A stretch of 43,617 bases of DNA from Minisyncoccota bacterium (GCA_041661645.1 JBAZUA010000001.1:1-43617); one strand, 5' to 3'. Positions 24,972 through 33,532 are shown, numbered from the stretch's first letter. The notes: generated by a model not told the origin, from the sequence alone. Numbers and translations are program-made.

Positions 24972-25506
24972 TCTGATCACAGAAAAGGTGGTAATTAATA
25001 ATCCCATCGGTAATTTATACAGGAAAAGGCACGTACTGGTTTTGGTTATCGACAAAAACTCAAACTTTATTCTCGGAAAAAAGAAAGACTTTTACCCGGA
25101 CCACGTCGCCCGTATGTTGGGTGGCGGCATTAAAGAGAATGAGGACCCGAAGATTGCTGCAAAAAGAGAGATTGAGGAGGAACTCCTTGCTAGTATTCCA
25201 ATTGAATCTTTTAGAGAGCTTTGCTCAGTTATAACAAGCGCGGCCACAAGCGAGGGTGATATGGAGATGCAGACTTGGATTTATTCAGTTCGATTACCCG
25301 ATTCGGCAGACATAAAGCCAAGCGACGATATTACTGGGATCCAGATATTTACTCAAAAACAGTACGAAAGCCTCATAAAAGACATAATGGATCTTTCGGG
25401 AGAATTTGTAACTGATAAGTTTTCATTTCTTTGGGCTGATTGGGGCAAAATATACGGTCCGATCCATAAGTATGCCCTCGATAGTTTCAGGAAGATGGGG
25501 AACTAA
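24964..25506 (+). CDS. NUDIX hydrolase
   Basis: GGGIKENEDPKIAAKREIEEE Nudix box. Confidence 0.9.
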   Translation: MNNLITEKVVINNPIGNLYRKRHVLVLVIDKNSNFILGKKKDFYPDHVARMLGGGIKENEDPKIAAKREIEEELLASIPIESFRELCSVITSAATSEGDMEMQTWIYSVRLPDSADIKPSDDITGIQIFTQKQYESLIKDIMDLSGEFVTDKFSFLWADWGKIYGPIHKYALDSFRKMGN

Positions 25507-25510
25507 CCAC

Positions 25511-26131
25511 ATGGAACACGAGAAAGAGTATTCAAAAATTTGTGATGATCTCAAGGGATTGGTTGAAGAGACGGGGGAACCTTTAGAGGGAAATTGTGTG
25601 TATCGGCACCTATCGTTTGATCAGTGGGATGTTCTGCTGAACAAAAGAGTAAATTATCAGAAAGCGGTCAAGGGAAGAAAATTCATATGCGAAATTGGAT
25701 TCAATGCAGGACACAGTGTTCTTGCTATGATTTTGGCGAATCCCAATGCGCATTATGTTCTATTTGACCTTGGAGCTCACTCTTATGCTCGACCCTGCTT
25801 CGATTACTTAAAAAAAATTTTTCCACAGACGACATTAGAGATAGTCTGGGGAGATTCTCGTGAGACACTACCCGCTTATCGGAAAGAACATCCAAGGGTG
25901 ATGTTCGATTTAGTGCATATAGACGGAGGTCATAGAAGCGAGATTTATGTGGCAGATTGGAAAAACTCGCTCGACATCACTCATCCTGGTAGCTTTATTA
26001 TCTTTGATGACACAGATAGTCTTAAAATAAACACTTTTCTTGATGGGGAGATCAAGAAACAAATCGTGGATGAGGCAGCTGGCTTTCTCAAAACATTCGG
26101 TTACGAACATCGCGTCTTGGAAAAGAAATAA
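25511..26131 (+). CDS. Class I SAM-dependent methyltransferase (Methyltransf_24-like)
   Basis: EIGFNAGHS, GDS, DLVHIDGGH and IIFDD motifs. Confidence 0.88.
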   Translation: MEHEKEYSKICDDLKGLVEETGEPLEGNCVYRHLSFDQWDVLLNKRVNYQKAVKGRKFICEIGFNAGHSVLAMILANPNAHYVLFDLGAHSYARPCFDYLKKIFPQTTLEIVWGDSRETLPAYRKEHPRVMFDLVHIDGGHRSEIYVADWKNSLDITHPGSFIIFDDTDSLKINTFLDGEIKKQIVDEAAGFLKTFGYEHRVLEKK

Positions 26132-26141
26132 ATCCCTAAAA

Positions 26142-26972
26142 TTACATAACGTCTCCAATCCCTTCTTCTAGAGCCACTTTTGTTTTCCAATTAAGAAGAT
26201 TTTCACTTTCGGCATTTTTTTGAATGATATGCTTTATGTCCCCCCTCCTCTCGGACACATATTTGATGGGCGCCTTGAATAGGCTGGCGACATAATTCAG
26301 GCTGACATTCCTTCCGGTGCAGAGATCAATGTTTCCCACGACATCGCTATCCATGGCCAGGATGTTTGCTCGCACAATGTCTGAGACGTGCGTGAAATCC
26401 CTGGTTTGCTCTCCGTCTCCTGTTATTTCAATATACCCATTTTCTTTAATAGATTTCTTAATTGAAGCAAAACAATTGGGACCAATACCGTCTTCTCTTT
26501 GTCTCGACCCATAAACATTAGAGTTCCTCAAGCAGATGGTCGAGATACCGTAAAGACTTGTATACACTTTTGAGATTTCTTCCATGGCTATTTTGCTTGC
26601 TTTATACGGAGTGTCAGCCGCATACACGATATTGCTTGAGGTTAAAATCACACGCTTGACGTTATTTTTAAAGGCGGCCTCTAGAACATTTAGAGAACCC
26701 AAAACATTTGTCTCGTAACAAAGAACGGGGTCATCGATGCACCAGACTGTTCGGGGTATAGCAGCCATATGAAAGACGTAGTCAATATCTTTAAAGTGAC
26801 CAAATATACTTTTTAGAGACCTTATATCAGCATCGTAATATGTGGCATCCGGATTCACGTTATTTCCAGAAAGCCCATTGTCTATTACGAATACTTCGAA
26901 ATTTTCTACCAAACTGTCGACGAGATGAGAACCGATAAACCCCTTACCGCCAGTTACTAATACTTTTTTCAT
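26142..26972 (-). CDS. NAD-dependent epimerase/dehydratase (extended SDR)
   Basis: VTGGKGFIGSHL, YKASK (YxxxK), NVYG and GDGEQTRDFTHVSD motifs. Confidence 0.93.
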   Translation of the reverse strand: MKKVLVTGGKGFIGSHLVDSLVENFEVFVIDNGLSGNNVNPDATYYDADIRSLKSIFGHFKDIDYVFHMAAIPRTVWCIDDPVLCYETNVLGSLNVLEAAFKNNVKRVILTSSNIVYAADTPYKASKIAMEEISKVYTSLYGISTICLRNSNVYGSRQREDGIGPNCFASIKKSIKENGYIEITGDGEQTRDFTHVSDIVRANILAMDSDVVGNIDLCTGRNVSLNYVASLFKAPIKYVSERRGDIKHIIQKNAESENLLNWKTKVALEEGIGDVM

Positions 26973-27078
26973 ATGGATATGACTATAACATTTTTTAGAA
27001 AATACCATTATTTGACAAAATATGTATTTAATGATATTACTGTTTTAGAATTTAACCCAAACCAAAAAGGAGTTATCT

Positions 27079-27624
27079 ATGTTCATAGTATTAGAAGGTA
27101 TAGACGGTAGTGGTAAATCTAGCCTGGCCCCGATGATTGCGGCAAAATGTAACGGCACCACTTATGCTACACCTCCTGAGAAATACAGAAGGTTACGTAA
27201 GCAAATAGATACGGATTCGAGTCCTCAAAAGCATTACGAATTTTATCGTGACGCGGTGACAGAGGCATCTTCGGAGATTAGCAAACTGCTATCTTCGGGC
27301 GAAACGGTGGTATGTGATAGATACTGGTTTAGCACACTAGTCTACCACAGGGCAGGGAAGATGGTCCTAGATGGATCAGACTTTTCTCACCTTACTCAGC
27401 CTGATTTAACAGTTCTGCTTTTAGTGGGGCCGGAGGAGCAGGTCCGCCGTTATCGGAAGCGTGGAGTGGAAGGCGGCAACAATGTCGACGGTTTCCAGGT
27501 AGAGATTAACAATCTGTACCGGACAGCTCTCATTGAATCAAAATTGCCATTCATTGTCATAGACACAGATCATTATTCCCTAGAACAAATTACAGACATG
27601 ATTGTTGCCGCTCTGCCGAAATAA
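27079..27624 (+). CDS. Thymidylate-kinase-fold nucleotide kinase, CMPK2-like
   Basis: EGIDGSGKS P-loop, TPP..Y..LRK, DRYWFST and PDLTVLL. Confidence 0.85.
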   Translation: MFIVLEGIDGSGKSSLAPMIAAKCNGTTYATPPEKYRRLRKQIDTDSSPQKHYEFYRDAVTEASSEISKLLSSGETVVCDRYWFSTLVYHRAGKMVLDGSDFSHLTQPDLTVLLLVGPEEQVRRYRKRGVEGGNNVDGFQVEINNLYRTALIESKLPFIVIDTDHYSLEQITDMIVAALPK

Positions 27625-27626
27625 TC

Positions 27627-27656
27627 ACAGTCCGATTCCCGAATCGGACTGTTTTT
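27627..27656 (+). terminator. Intrinsic terminator
   Basis: ACAGTCCGATTC-CC-GAATCGGACTGT plus a T-run. Confidence 0.75.
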
Positions 27657-27706
27657 AATTAGCAGAAATATCATTTGCTAACAAGATTGGATGACGGTAC
27701 CATAAC

Positions 27707-28270
27707 ATGAACAAGATGAAAATCATCCTCGGCTCTACAAACAATCGAAAGATTGAGGTCGTCAAAAAGGCCCTCAAGACCGTCACGGGCAATTTTCCGG
27801 AAGTATTCGGCTTCAAGGCCGATTCCAAGGTGCCAGAAACCCCGTACGATAAACAGACCTTCGATGGGGCTCGAAATCGGGCGGTGCAGGCTCGCGACGA
27901 GGCTGGTGATGCTGATATGTATATTGGCCTCGAAAGCGGCCTGATCGAGCGATACGGTAATGTATACGAAGAGGCCTGGTGCTATATTCTGACAAAGGAC
28001 GGCAGAGAGTATTCTGGCTATTCGAGCGGCCTGCGCCTGCCAGACTATGTCCTGAGCGAGATGAAGCGCCTCAACAAGGAGCACTGCGATGTCATGACCA
28101 TACTCGAGGAAAGACACGGCAATCTGCCGAACGACACTTGGGGAAGTTATTCGTCTGGTATGATAACCCGCGAGAATAGCCTCGAGGAGGCCCTTCGCAA
28201 CGTCCTGATCCAGATATACGCGCCGGAGCAAAGCTTTTACAAGCAGAAACAAACTTCACATGAACTATAA
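27707..28270 (+). CDS. yjjX: Inosine/xanthosine triphosphatase (DUF84/YjjX-like)
   Basis: GSTNNRK, SKVPETP, GARNRA and IGLESGL motifs. Confidence 0.85.
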   Translation: MNKMKIILGSTNNRKIEVVKKALKTVTGNFPEVFGFKADSKVPETPYDKQTFDGARNRAVQARDEAGDADMYIGLESGLIERYGNVYEEAWCYILTKDGREYSGYSSGLRLPDYVLSEMKRLNKEHCDVMTILEERHGNLPNDTWGSYSSGMITRENSLEEALRNVLIQIYAPEQSFYKQKQTSHEL

Positions 28271-28613
28271 TCTTGATTTAAACGACAGGCCTTTCAGGGC
28301 GATAAAAGAAGGGACGAAAAAGATCGAAGGGAGAACCCGTACGAGCCAGAATACCTTCTCCTACGATGCATTAAAGGTAGGGGATACTTTGACGTTTTTA
28401 AACAACGTGACGGGGGAGATATTGGTTGTGGACATTCTAGGAGTTCGCCACTATCTAGACACTCGGTCCATGCTTGAAGCAGAGGGCACGCGAAACGTCC
28501 TCTCAAGCGGCGGAACCATCGAGCAGGGTATAGAAAGCTATAATTCTTTCTTTGAATACAAAGAGGGCATTGTTCGATACGGCATATATGCAATTGAGAT
28601 AAGGGTGAAATAA
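28260..28613 (+). CDS. ASCH domain protein
   Basis: FRAIKEGTKKIEGR and VGDTLTF motifs. Confidence 0.88.
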   Translation: MNYNLDLNDRPFRAIKEGTKKIEGRTRTSQNTFSYDALKVGDTLTFLNNVTGEILVVDILGVRHYLDTRSMLEAEGTRNVLSSGGTIEQGIESYNSFFEYKEGIVRYGIYAIEIRVK

Positions 28614-28623
28614 AGAGCAAAAC

Positions 28624-28650
28624 AAAAAGCCCGACCATTCCTGGTCGGGC
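28624..28650 (-). terminator. Terminator between the convergent ASCH and GNAT genes
   Basis: A-run followed by GCCCGACCA-TTCC-TGGTCGGGC. Confidence 0.7.
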
Positions 28651-28658
28651 CTTGTCCA

Positions 28659-29264
28659 TCACTTTGCCTTCCGCCTCTTCTTGCCCTTGGCGAGATAAGC
28701 CTTCCATATCGGGGGCCAATCTTCCTTGAACAGGGCGAGGTTAACGACATCAGGATACCCGCCGTCCCGAAGGACGTGTTTTGCGAGCACACCCTCGACC
28801 TTGTATCCGCATTTCTTGCTGTAGGCAAGGCTGCGGGCGTTAAAGGCGATGACCTGGGAACAGAGCTTTCGGAGACCGAGGTTGCTGAAGGCCCAGTTCA
28901 CGAGCTGCATCTTGGCATCGGTTCCGTAACCCTTGTCCCAATACCTCTTGTCGCCGATCATTGCACCGGACACGGCCACACCATCCGTCCATTTGATGTT
29001 GTGGAAGCCGATGTTTCCGATGTGGACCCCATCCTTGGTCTCTATGGCCAAGACGACGTCGCTCTTTGACCCGGTCGAATGCGACTCGAGCCACTTCCTC
29101 TCGGCTTGCATGGTCAAAGGCCACAGTCCGGATAGATATCGCGACACCTCTGGATCATTGATCCATCGCGTGCAGCGTTCCAGGTCTGACTCCTCCAAAG
29201 GGCGGAGATTCACCATGTTTCCACGGAGAAAGACCACCCGATTACCGTCGTTTGTGTTTTTCAT
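28659..29264 (-). CDS. GNAT N-acetyltransferase, RimJ/RimL family
   Basis: LRPLEESDL, HIGNIGF, YWDKGYGT and N.RSLAYSKKCGYKVEG motifs. Confidence 0.92.
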   Translation of the reverse strand: MKNTNDGNRVVFLRGNMVNLRPLEESDLERCTRWINDPEVSRYLSGLWPLTMQAERKWLESHSTGSKSDVVLAIETKDGVHIGNIGFHNIKWTDGVAVSGAMIGDKRYWDKGYGTDAKMQLVNWAFSNLGLRKLCSQVIAFNARSLAYSKKCGYKVEGVLAKHVLRDGGYPDVVNLALFKEDWPPIWKAYLAKGKKRRKAK

Positions 29265-29361
29265 ATACGTTATGCGTTAGCTGTTAATGAACATGCTCTG
29301 CGGGCAAGGAACCTATACGATAGATAATATGAATATAGTCGCTCACGCTCCTTATTCATAT

Positions 29362-29389
29362 AAAATCCCGGCTTGCGCAGAGCCGGGAT
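29362..29389 (-). terminator. Attenuator terminator upstream of the GNAT gene
   Basis: Minus strand ATCCCGGCT-CTGCGCA-AGCCGGGAT-TTT. Confidence 0.75.
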
Positions 29390-29416
29390 GGGTCCATATC
29401 TATCGGGAGGAGAAGA

Positions 29417-29533
29417 TTATGCACTCATGTCGGCCACACACAAAGGGAGGGAATATCCGCGAACGGCAAAATGGCCGTTTGGCGCGGTGATATTCATAAC
29501 CTTCGTATATGACTGGCAGTTGTTGTGCTTCAT
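29417..29533 (-). CDS. Leader peptide L3 (38 aa; contains PLCVA)
   Basis: MKHNNCQSYTKVMNITAPNGHFAVRGYSLPLCVADMSA, lying between a promoter and a terminator. Confidence 0.65.
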   Translation of the reverse strand: MKHNNCQSYTKVMNITAPNGHFAVRGYSLPLCVADMSA

Positions 29534-29543
29534 AGCGCTATTA

Positions 29544-29571
29544 ACCATATAGCAAAAACGGGTTTTGTCAA
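29544..29571 (-). promoter_or_regulatory. Sigma70 promoter of the GNAT leader
   Basis: TTGACA-N16-TATGGT on the minus strand. Confidence 0.65.
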
Positions 29572-30239
29572 TGTCTGTCGAAATGAGAACGGTGGTCCAA
29601 ATCCTCTATGTGCGCCCTGTCGTTCCACGTCAGGATAATCCATGGGTGGTCGAATTTCGAACTATCCAGCTTTTCGAAGACGGAGATGCCAGTATTGTCT
29701 GTGGTCAGGGTGAAATACAAATTATGGTATTCATGCGAGGTGAGACCTTCTCCCATGATGATGCAGGCGGCAATCATCTTGAGGAATATGCCATGTGTCA
29801 CAATGAGAATATGGCCCTCTTTTCGTGACTCGATATATTTTATGGCATCAAGGGCGCGCGTTTTCATGTCCTCGAAATTCTCCTCATCGGAACGTCTCCA
29901 ATCCTTCTCATGGAAGTTGTTCTGGATGAGCTTTTCAATGGCGATTACCCCGGGATCGTCGTTTCTTTTGCCGGAGATGACAGACGGTCGTCGTCGCTCG
30001 ACCAGAAGGTCAGAGCGTTCTATTGGTTTTCCTAGTGTCTCATTGATTATGTCCGCGGTTTCCATGGCGCGGGAGTAGGTGCTCGATATGACTACTTCAA
30101 TGGGAAGACGGGTCAACCGTTCGGATACGGCCCTGGCCTGTTCTCTGCCTTTATCCGAAAGAACGGTATCGGACCCCTGTCGAAACGCCCCGGCATTCCC
30201 CTCGCTCTCGCCATGACGGACAAAGTAGATTCTTTTCAT
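29568..30239 (-). CDS. Histidine phosphatase (phosphoglycerate mutase family)
   Basis: RHGES, LSDKGREQA, SSTYSRAMET and IVTHG motifs. Confidence 0.92.
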   Translation of the reverse strand: MKRIYFVRHGESEGNAGAFRQGSDTVLSDKGREQARAVSERLTRLPIEVVISSTYSRAMETADIINETLGKPIERSDLLVERRRPSVISGKRNDDPGVIAIEKLIQNNFHEKDWRRSDEENFEDMKTRALDAIKYIESRKEGHILIVTHGIFLKMIAACIIMGEGLTSHEYHNLYFTLTTDNTGISVFEKLDSSKFDHPWIILTWNDRAHIEDLDHRSHFDRH

Positions 30240-30336
30240 ATACCATTTATATCCCGTTTTTCATTATCCGTAAACATGTAAAATCTTCATATAAATTTCA
30301 TTTGAAATAAACCCCCATTTTTGCTAACATGAGCCT

Positions 30337-30582
30337 ATGTTAAAAGCCTTCTTCAACTCAAAGCTCAAAAGGGCGGAATACAAGATCCTTGAAGACGGGT
30401 CTTACTTTGGCGAGATAAAGGACCTCAAGGGCGTATGGGCCCAGGCCAAGGACCTCGAGGCCTGCCGCGAGGAGCTTCTATCGGTCCTCGAGGACTGGAC
30501 CTTGGTGAAGATAAAGTTCGGGGAGAAAATCCCGGGATTTTCGTTTGGATTCGATAAGCGCAAGGAGTTCTCGCATGCCTAA
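30337..30582 (+). CDS. hicB: HicB-like antitoxin
   Basis: EDGSYFGEIKDLKGVWAQAKDLEACREEL; overlaps hicA. Confidence 0.85.
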   Translation: MLKAFFNSKLKRAEYKILEDGSYFGEIKDLKGVWAQAKDLEACREELLSVLEDWTLVKIKFGEKIPGFSFGFDKRKEFSHA

Positions 30583-30781
30583 GAGCATCTCTCTCAAAAG
30601 GCTCATATTGAAATTCAGGGAACTTGGTTTCGACGGCCCATATTCCGGAGGCCGTCACCTGTTCATGTCCAAGGGAACCCTCAAGGTTCGAGTGCCGAAC
30701 CCTCACAAGGGAGATATCTCCGCCGGACTCGTAACCGAGATTTTAAGACAGGCCGGTATATCAAAAACTGAATGGAAATAA
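30575..30781 (+). CDS. hicA: HicA-like mRNA interferase toxin
   Basis: LGF...GGRH, VPNPHKGDI and ILRQAGI motifs. Confidence 0.88.
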   Translation: MPKSISLKRLILKFRELGFDGPYSGGRHLFMSKGTLKVRVPNPHKGDISAGLVTEILRQAGISKTEWK

Positions 30782-31275
30782 AAACCATCATCCAATCCCG
30801 CCTTTCCGGCCCTTGCCCAACGACATACAGAGACGTCGCTAACTTTTCAGACCTGAAGGACGTGGACATGCACCACGTCTGCGCATACGCCTTTTGTGAC
30901 GGAAAACTCGTGCTCGTATTCGATAAGGATAAAAAGCGTTGGACTCCTCCCGGCGGACACCTTGAAGGTGACGAATCCCTGGAAGAGGGGACGTCCCGCG
31001 AGATTAAAGAGGAAACAAACATGCGTGTGGTTTATCATCAGATGATCGGCCACCAGGCCATCACCGAGCCTCATCGGGTGACGAATCAGACGAGATCATT
31101 CTGTATCGTCGAGCCTTATGGGCCTTTTCTCGCGGATCCTGACGGCGACATAACCGAGATAAAGCTCATCGAACCAAAGGACGCCAAGCAGTATTTCGAT
31201 TGGGGAGTGGTGGGCGAGCATGTGCTGAAAAGGGCGGTGGAGATGCTTGAGGCGTATAATCGGGGTGAGAGATAA
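30772..31275 (+). CDS. NUDIX hydrolase
   Basis: PGGHLEGDESLEEGTSREIKEET Nudix box. Confidence 0.92.
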   Translation: MEIKTIIQSRLSGPCPTTYRDVANFSDLKDVDMHHVCAYAFCDGKLVLVFDKDKKRWTPPGGHLEGDESLEEGTSREIKEETNMRVVYHQMIGHQAITEPHRVTNQTRSFCIVEPYGPFLADPDGDITEIKLIEPKDAKQYFDWGVVGEHVLKRAVEMLEAYNRGER

Positions 31276-31283
31276 TCCAACTA

Positions 31284-31396
31284 GTTCCATTTTGGGACCA
31301 ACTGAACTCAGTGTGTGCAAAATCTACACACACTGACCAAATAAGCTTGGTACATAAGGGTAAATAGCAATGTGCATTTTTTGCACTTTGCTATTT
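31284..31396. repeat. Three tandem imperfect palindromes with A/T cores; the third matches a palindrome inside the downstream gene
   Basis: 31284-31298, 31308-31336 and 31362-31396. Segment 31369-31389 matches the reverse complement of 31681-31701 at 20/21 positions. Confidence 0.8.
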
Positions 31397-31473
31397 TCTT
31401 TTACGGATTGCCCGCTATCGTTTTTTATAAATATCTTATGAGATAAAACACCTCCCATTGCTAGGCTTAGGGG

Positions 31474-32475
31474 ATGAATACTATAAAAATCGAAGAAGAT
31501 AGCGGCGGCATCGTCGTATACGAGGATGAGCGAATGAACTTAGAATTAAAGACCGACATCGAAAAGGAGACGATTTGGGCTACCCAAAGCCAGATTTCTG
31601 ATCTTTTTGGGATAGACAGAACCGTAGTCTCGAAACACATCCAAAACATCATTATTACACAAGAAATAAGCAGAATTAACAATGTGCAAAAAATGCACAT
31701 TGTTAATTCCTTGAGGCCTGTAGCCTTTTATTCGCTTGATATGATCCTCTCTATCGGCTACCGCGTGAACTCAAAAAAGGCCACGAAATTCAGAATCTGG
31801 GCGAACAAGGTCCTCCGCGACTATATTCTCAAAGGCATAGCCGTGAACGACGACCGAATCGAGAAGCTCCACGAAAAGGGCATCACCGACCTCAAGGAAA
31901 AATTGGCCTTCATACAAAATACAGTGAAAAGACGGGAGTTGGATCGCGGGGAAGTGGATAGTCTCCTCTCCGTAATCAACGACTACGCCAATTCCTGGCT
32001 CCTCCTCAAGAAATATGATGATGGGGAAGTGACCATCAGAAAAACAAAATCAAAGGAAACGGTCTCGATTGGGTATCTGTCCGCACGCGCATCATTGGAC
32101 GCGCTCAGGGCGTCGCTCGTCGAAAAGGGCGAGGCGGGAGACCTCTTCGCAAAAGAAAGGGACGAATCATTTCAAGGAATACTCAAAACCATCTATCAAA
32201 CATATGGTGGCGAGGAACTGTATCCAAGCATTGAGGAAAAGGCCTCGCATCTCCTCTACTTCATTATCAAGGACCACCCGTTCTTTGATGGCAACAAGCG
32301 CAGCGGTGCCCTGCTCTTCATCTTCTTCCTCGAGCAAAATGGGATTTTAAGAGGCTTCGACGGCCAGAGAAAGATAAGCGACAATGCCCTGGTTGCCATA
32401 GCCCTCTTGGTGGCTGAAAGCAACCCAAAGGAGAAGGATGTCATGGTTGCGCTGGTGACCCATCTGATTTCCTAG
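31474..32475 (+). CDS. RhuM-family (virulence RhuM-like) protein fused to a Fic/Doc domain
   Basis: ETIWATQSQISDLFG, YSLDMILSIGYRVNS, FRIWA and Fic motif HPFFDGNKRSG. Confidence 0.9.
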   Translation: MNTIKIEEDSGGIVVYEDERMNLELKTDIEKETIWATQSQISDLFGIDRTVVSKHIQNIIITQEISRINNVQKMHIVNSLRPVAFYSLDMILSIGYRVNSKKATKFRIWANKVLRDYILKGIAVNDDRIEKLHEKGITDLKEKLAFIQNTVKRRELDRGEVDSLLSVINDYANSWLLLKKYDDGEVTIRKTKSKETVSIGYLSARASLDALRASLVEKGEAGDLFAKERDESFQGILKTIYQTYGGEELYPSIEEKASHLLYFIIKDHPFFDGNKRSGALLFIFFLEQNGILRGFDGQRKISDNALVAIALLVAESNPKEKDVMVALVTHLIS

Positions 32476-33482
32476 TTCTCCAAACTTCTCATCACCTCCA
32501 CATACAGATCCTCCACGATTTTCTCCTGCGCCTTTCCTGACTTGGCATAATGATCAAGTCCGGGTGCCGCGTTTATCTCGAGTATCCAGTGTTTCCTCGC
32601 CTTCGGTGCCTCGGTGATGTCACCGTCGATCATCAGGTCAACGCCGCAGATACGCAGACCCATGTCCCTGGTGAGGGTAATGGACAATTCGGCGAATTTT
32701 GGGTGAACCGCATCGGTCACGTCTATCGAATCTCCTCCTGTCGACAAGTTGGCATTGTCGAGGAGGAACACGCGTTCCCCCTTGAGGACCACCGACCTCA
32801 ACGAAAGCCCCGAACGGGCGAGCTTTGCGGCAATGCGCGGGTCTGACATCCTGATATGCGTGTCGCGGCCCTCCTCGATGAAATCCCTCTGCTTTTTTCT
32901 CAGAAGTCCCAGAAGGTTCGTCTTCCCGTCGCCGACAACGCTCAAAGGCACGCGCTCATATGCCGATATGATGCGACCGTCGAGCACCACGACGCGATAG
33001 TCCTTGCCCCTGACCAGCTTCTGCACCAGGGCAATGCGATCCCTTTTGAATATGTGTCTGAGTGCCGCCCGAAGCTCTGCCTCGCCATGCACCACGGTGA
33101 CGCCGGAGCCCTGGCTGCCGCTGTTCGGCTTCGCCACGAGAGGGAAGCCGAGTTTGTGGGCATAGGCCACGGCAGCCTCGATCGATGCCTTCGAGCCGAT
33201 CGCCTTGGCCCATGACGGGGAACAGAACGCCTTGCCCGTGATGGTCGGATAGCCCATCCTCTTCATGAAGAAGTTGGCATAGTCCTTGTCCTTGGCGATG
33301 TCGGACGCGCCGACGGGATTGAGGTCGAGGGTGGAGCCCCTGAAATACCTCTTGCGCCCGTTCTTGTACGATATCTGCCCCACATATCCCCAGACTGGCT
33401 CGACGGACACCTTCGCACCTATTCGAGGGGCGATCTTTTTGAGTAAGGCCCCGAGGAACGGGGTTGATTTCGTACGCTTCAT
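32472..33482 (-). CDS. ATP-grasp ligase, cyanophycin-synthetase/GshF-C-terminal-like
   Basis: FPLVAKP.SGSQGSGV, GKDYRVVV, NANLSTGG, CGVDL and LEINAAPGL motifs. Confidence 0.85.
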   Translation of the reverse strand: MKRTKSTPFLGALLKKIAPRIGAKVSVEPVWGYVGQISYKNGRKRYFRGSTLDLNPVGASDIAKDKDYANFFMKRMGYPTITGKAFCSPSWAKAIGSKASIEAAVAYAHKLGFPLVAKPNSGSQGSGVTVVHGEAELRAALRHIFKRDRIALVQKLVRGKDYRVVVLDGRIISAYERVPLSVVGDGKTNLLGLLRKKQRDFIEEGRDTHIRMSDPRIAAKLARSGLSLRSVVLKGERVFLLDNANLSTGGDSIDVTDAVHPKFAELSITLTRDMGLRICGVDLMIDGDITEAPKARKHWILEINAAPGLDHYAKSGKAQEKIVEDLYVEVMRSLEN

Positions 33483-33504
33483 AATTTGGCAATTAAAGCA
33501 TTAA

Positions 33505-33532
33505 TTGACAGAAACACCAAGTATGGTATTTT
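33505..33532 (+). promoter_or_regulatory. Sigma70 promoter with extended -10
   Basis: TTGACA-N16-(TGn)TATTTT. Confidence 0.7.

Noticed and set aside
24964-28613. Known defence system (Kongming, prokaryotic viperin)
   Set aside because: No adenosine deaminase, Sir2 effector or radical-SAM viperin is present. The ITPase here is DUF84-type, not HAM1-type.
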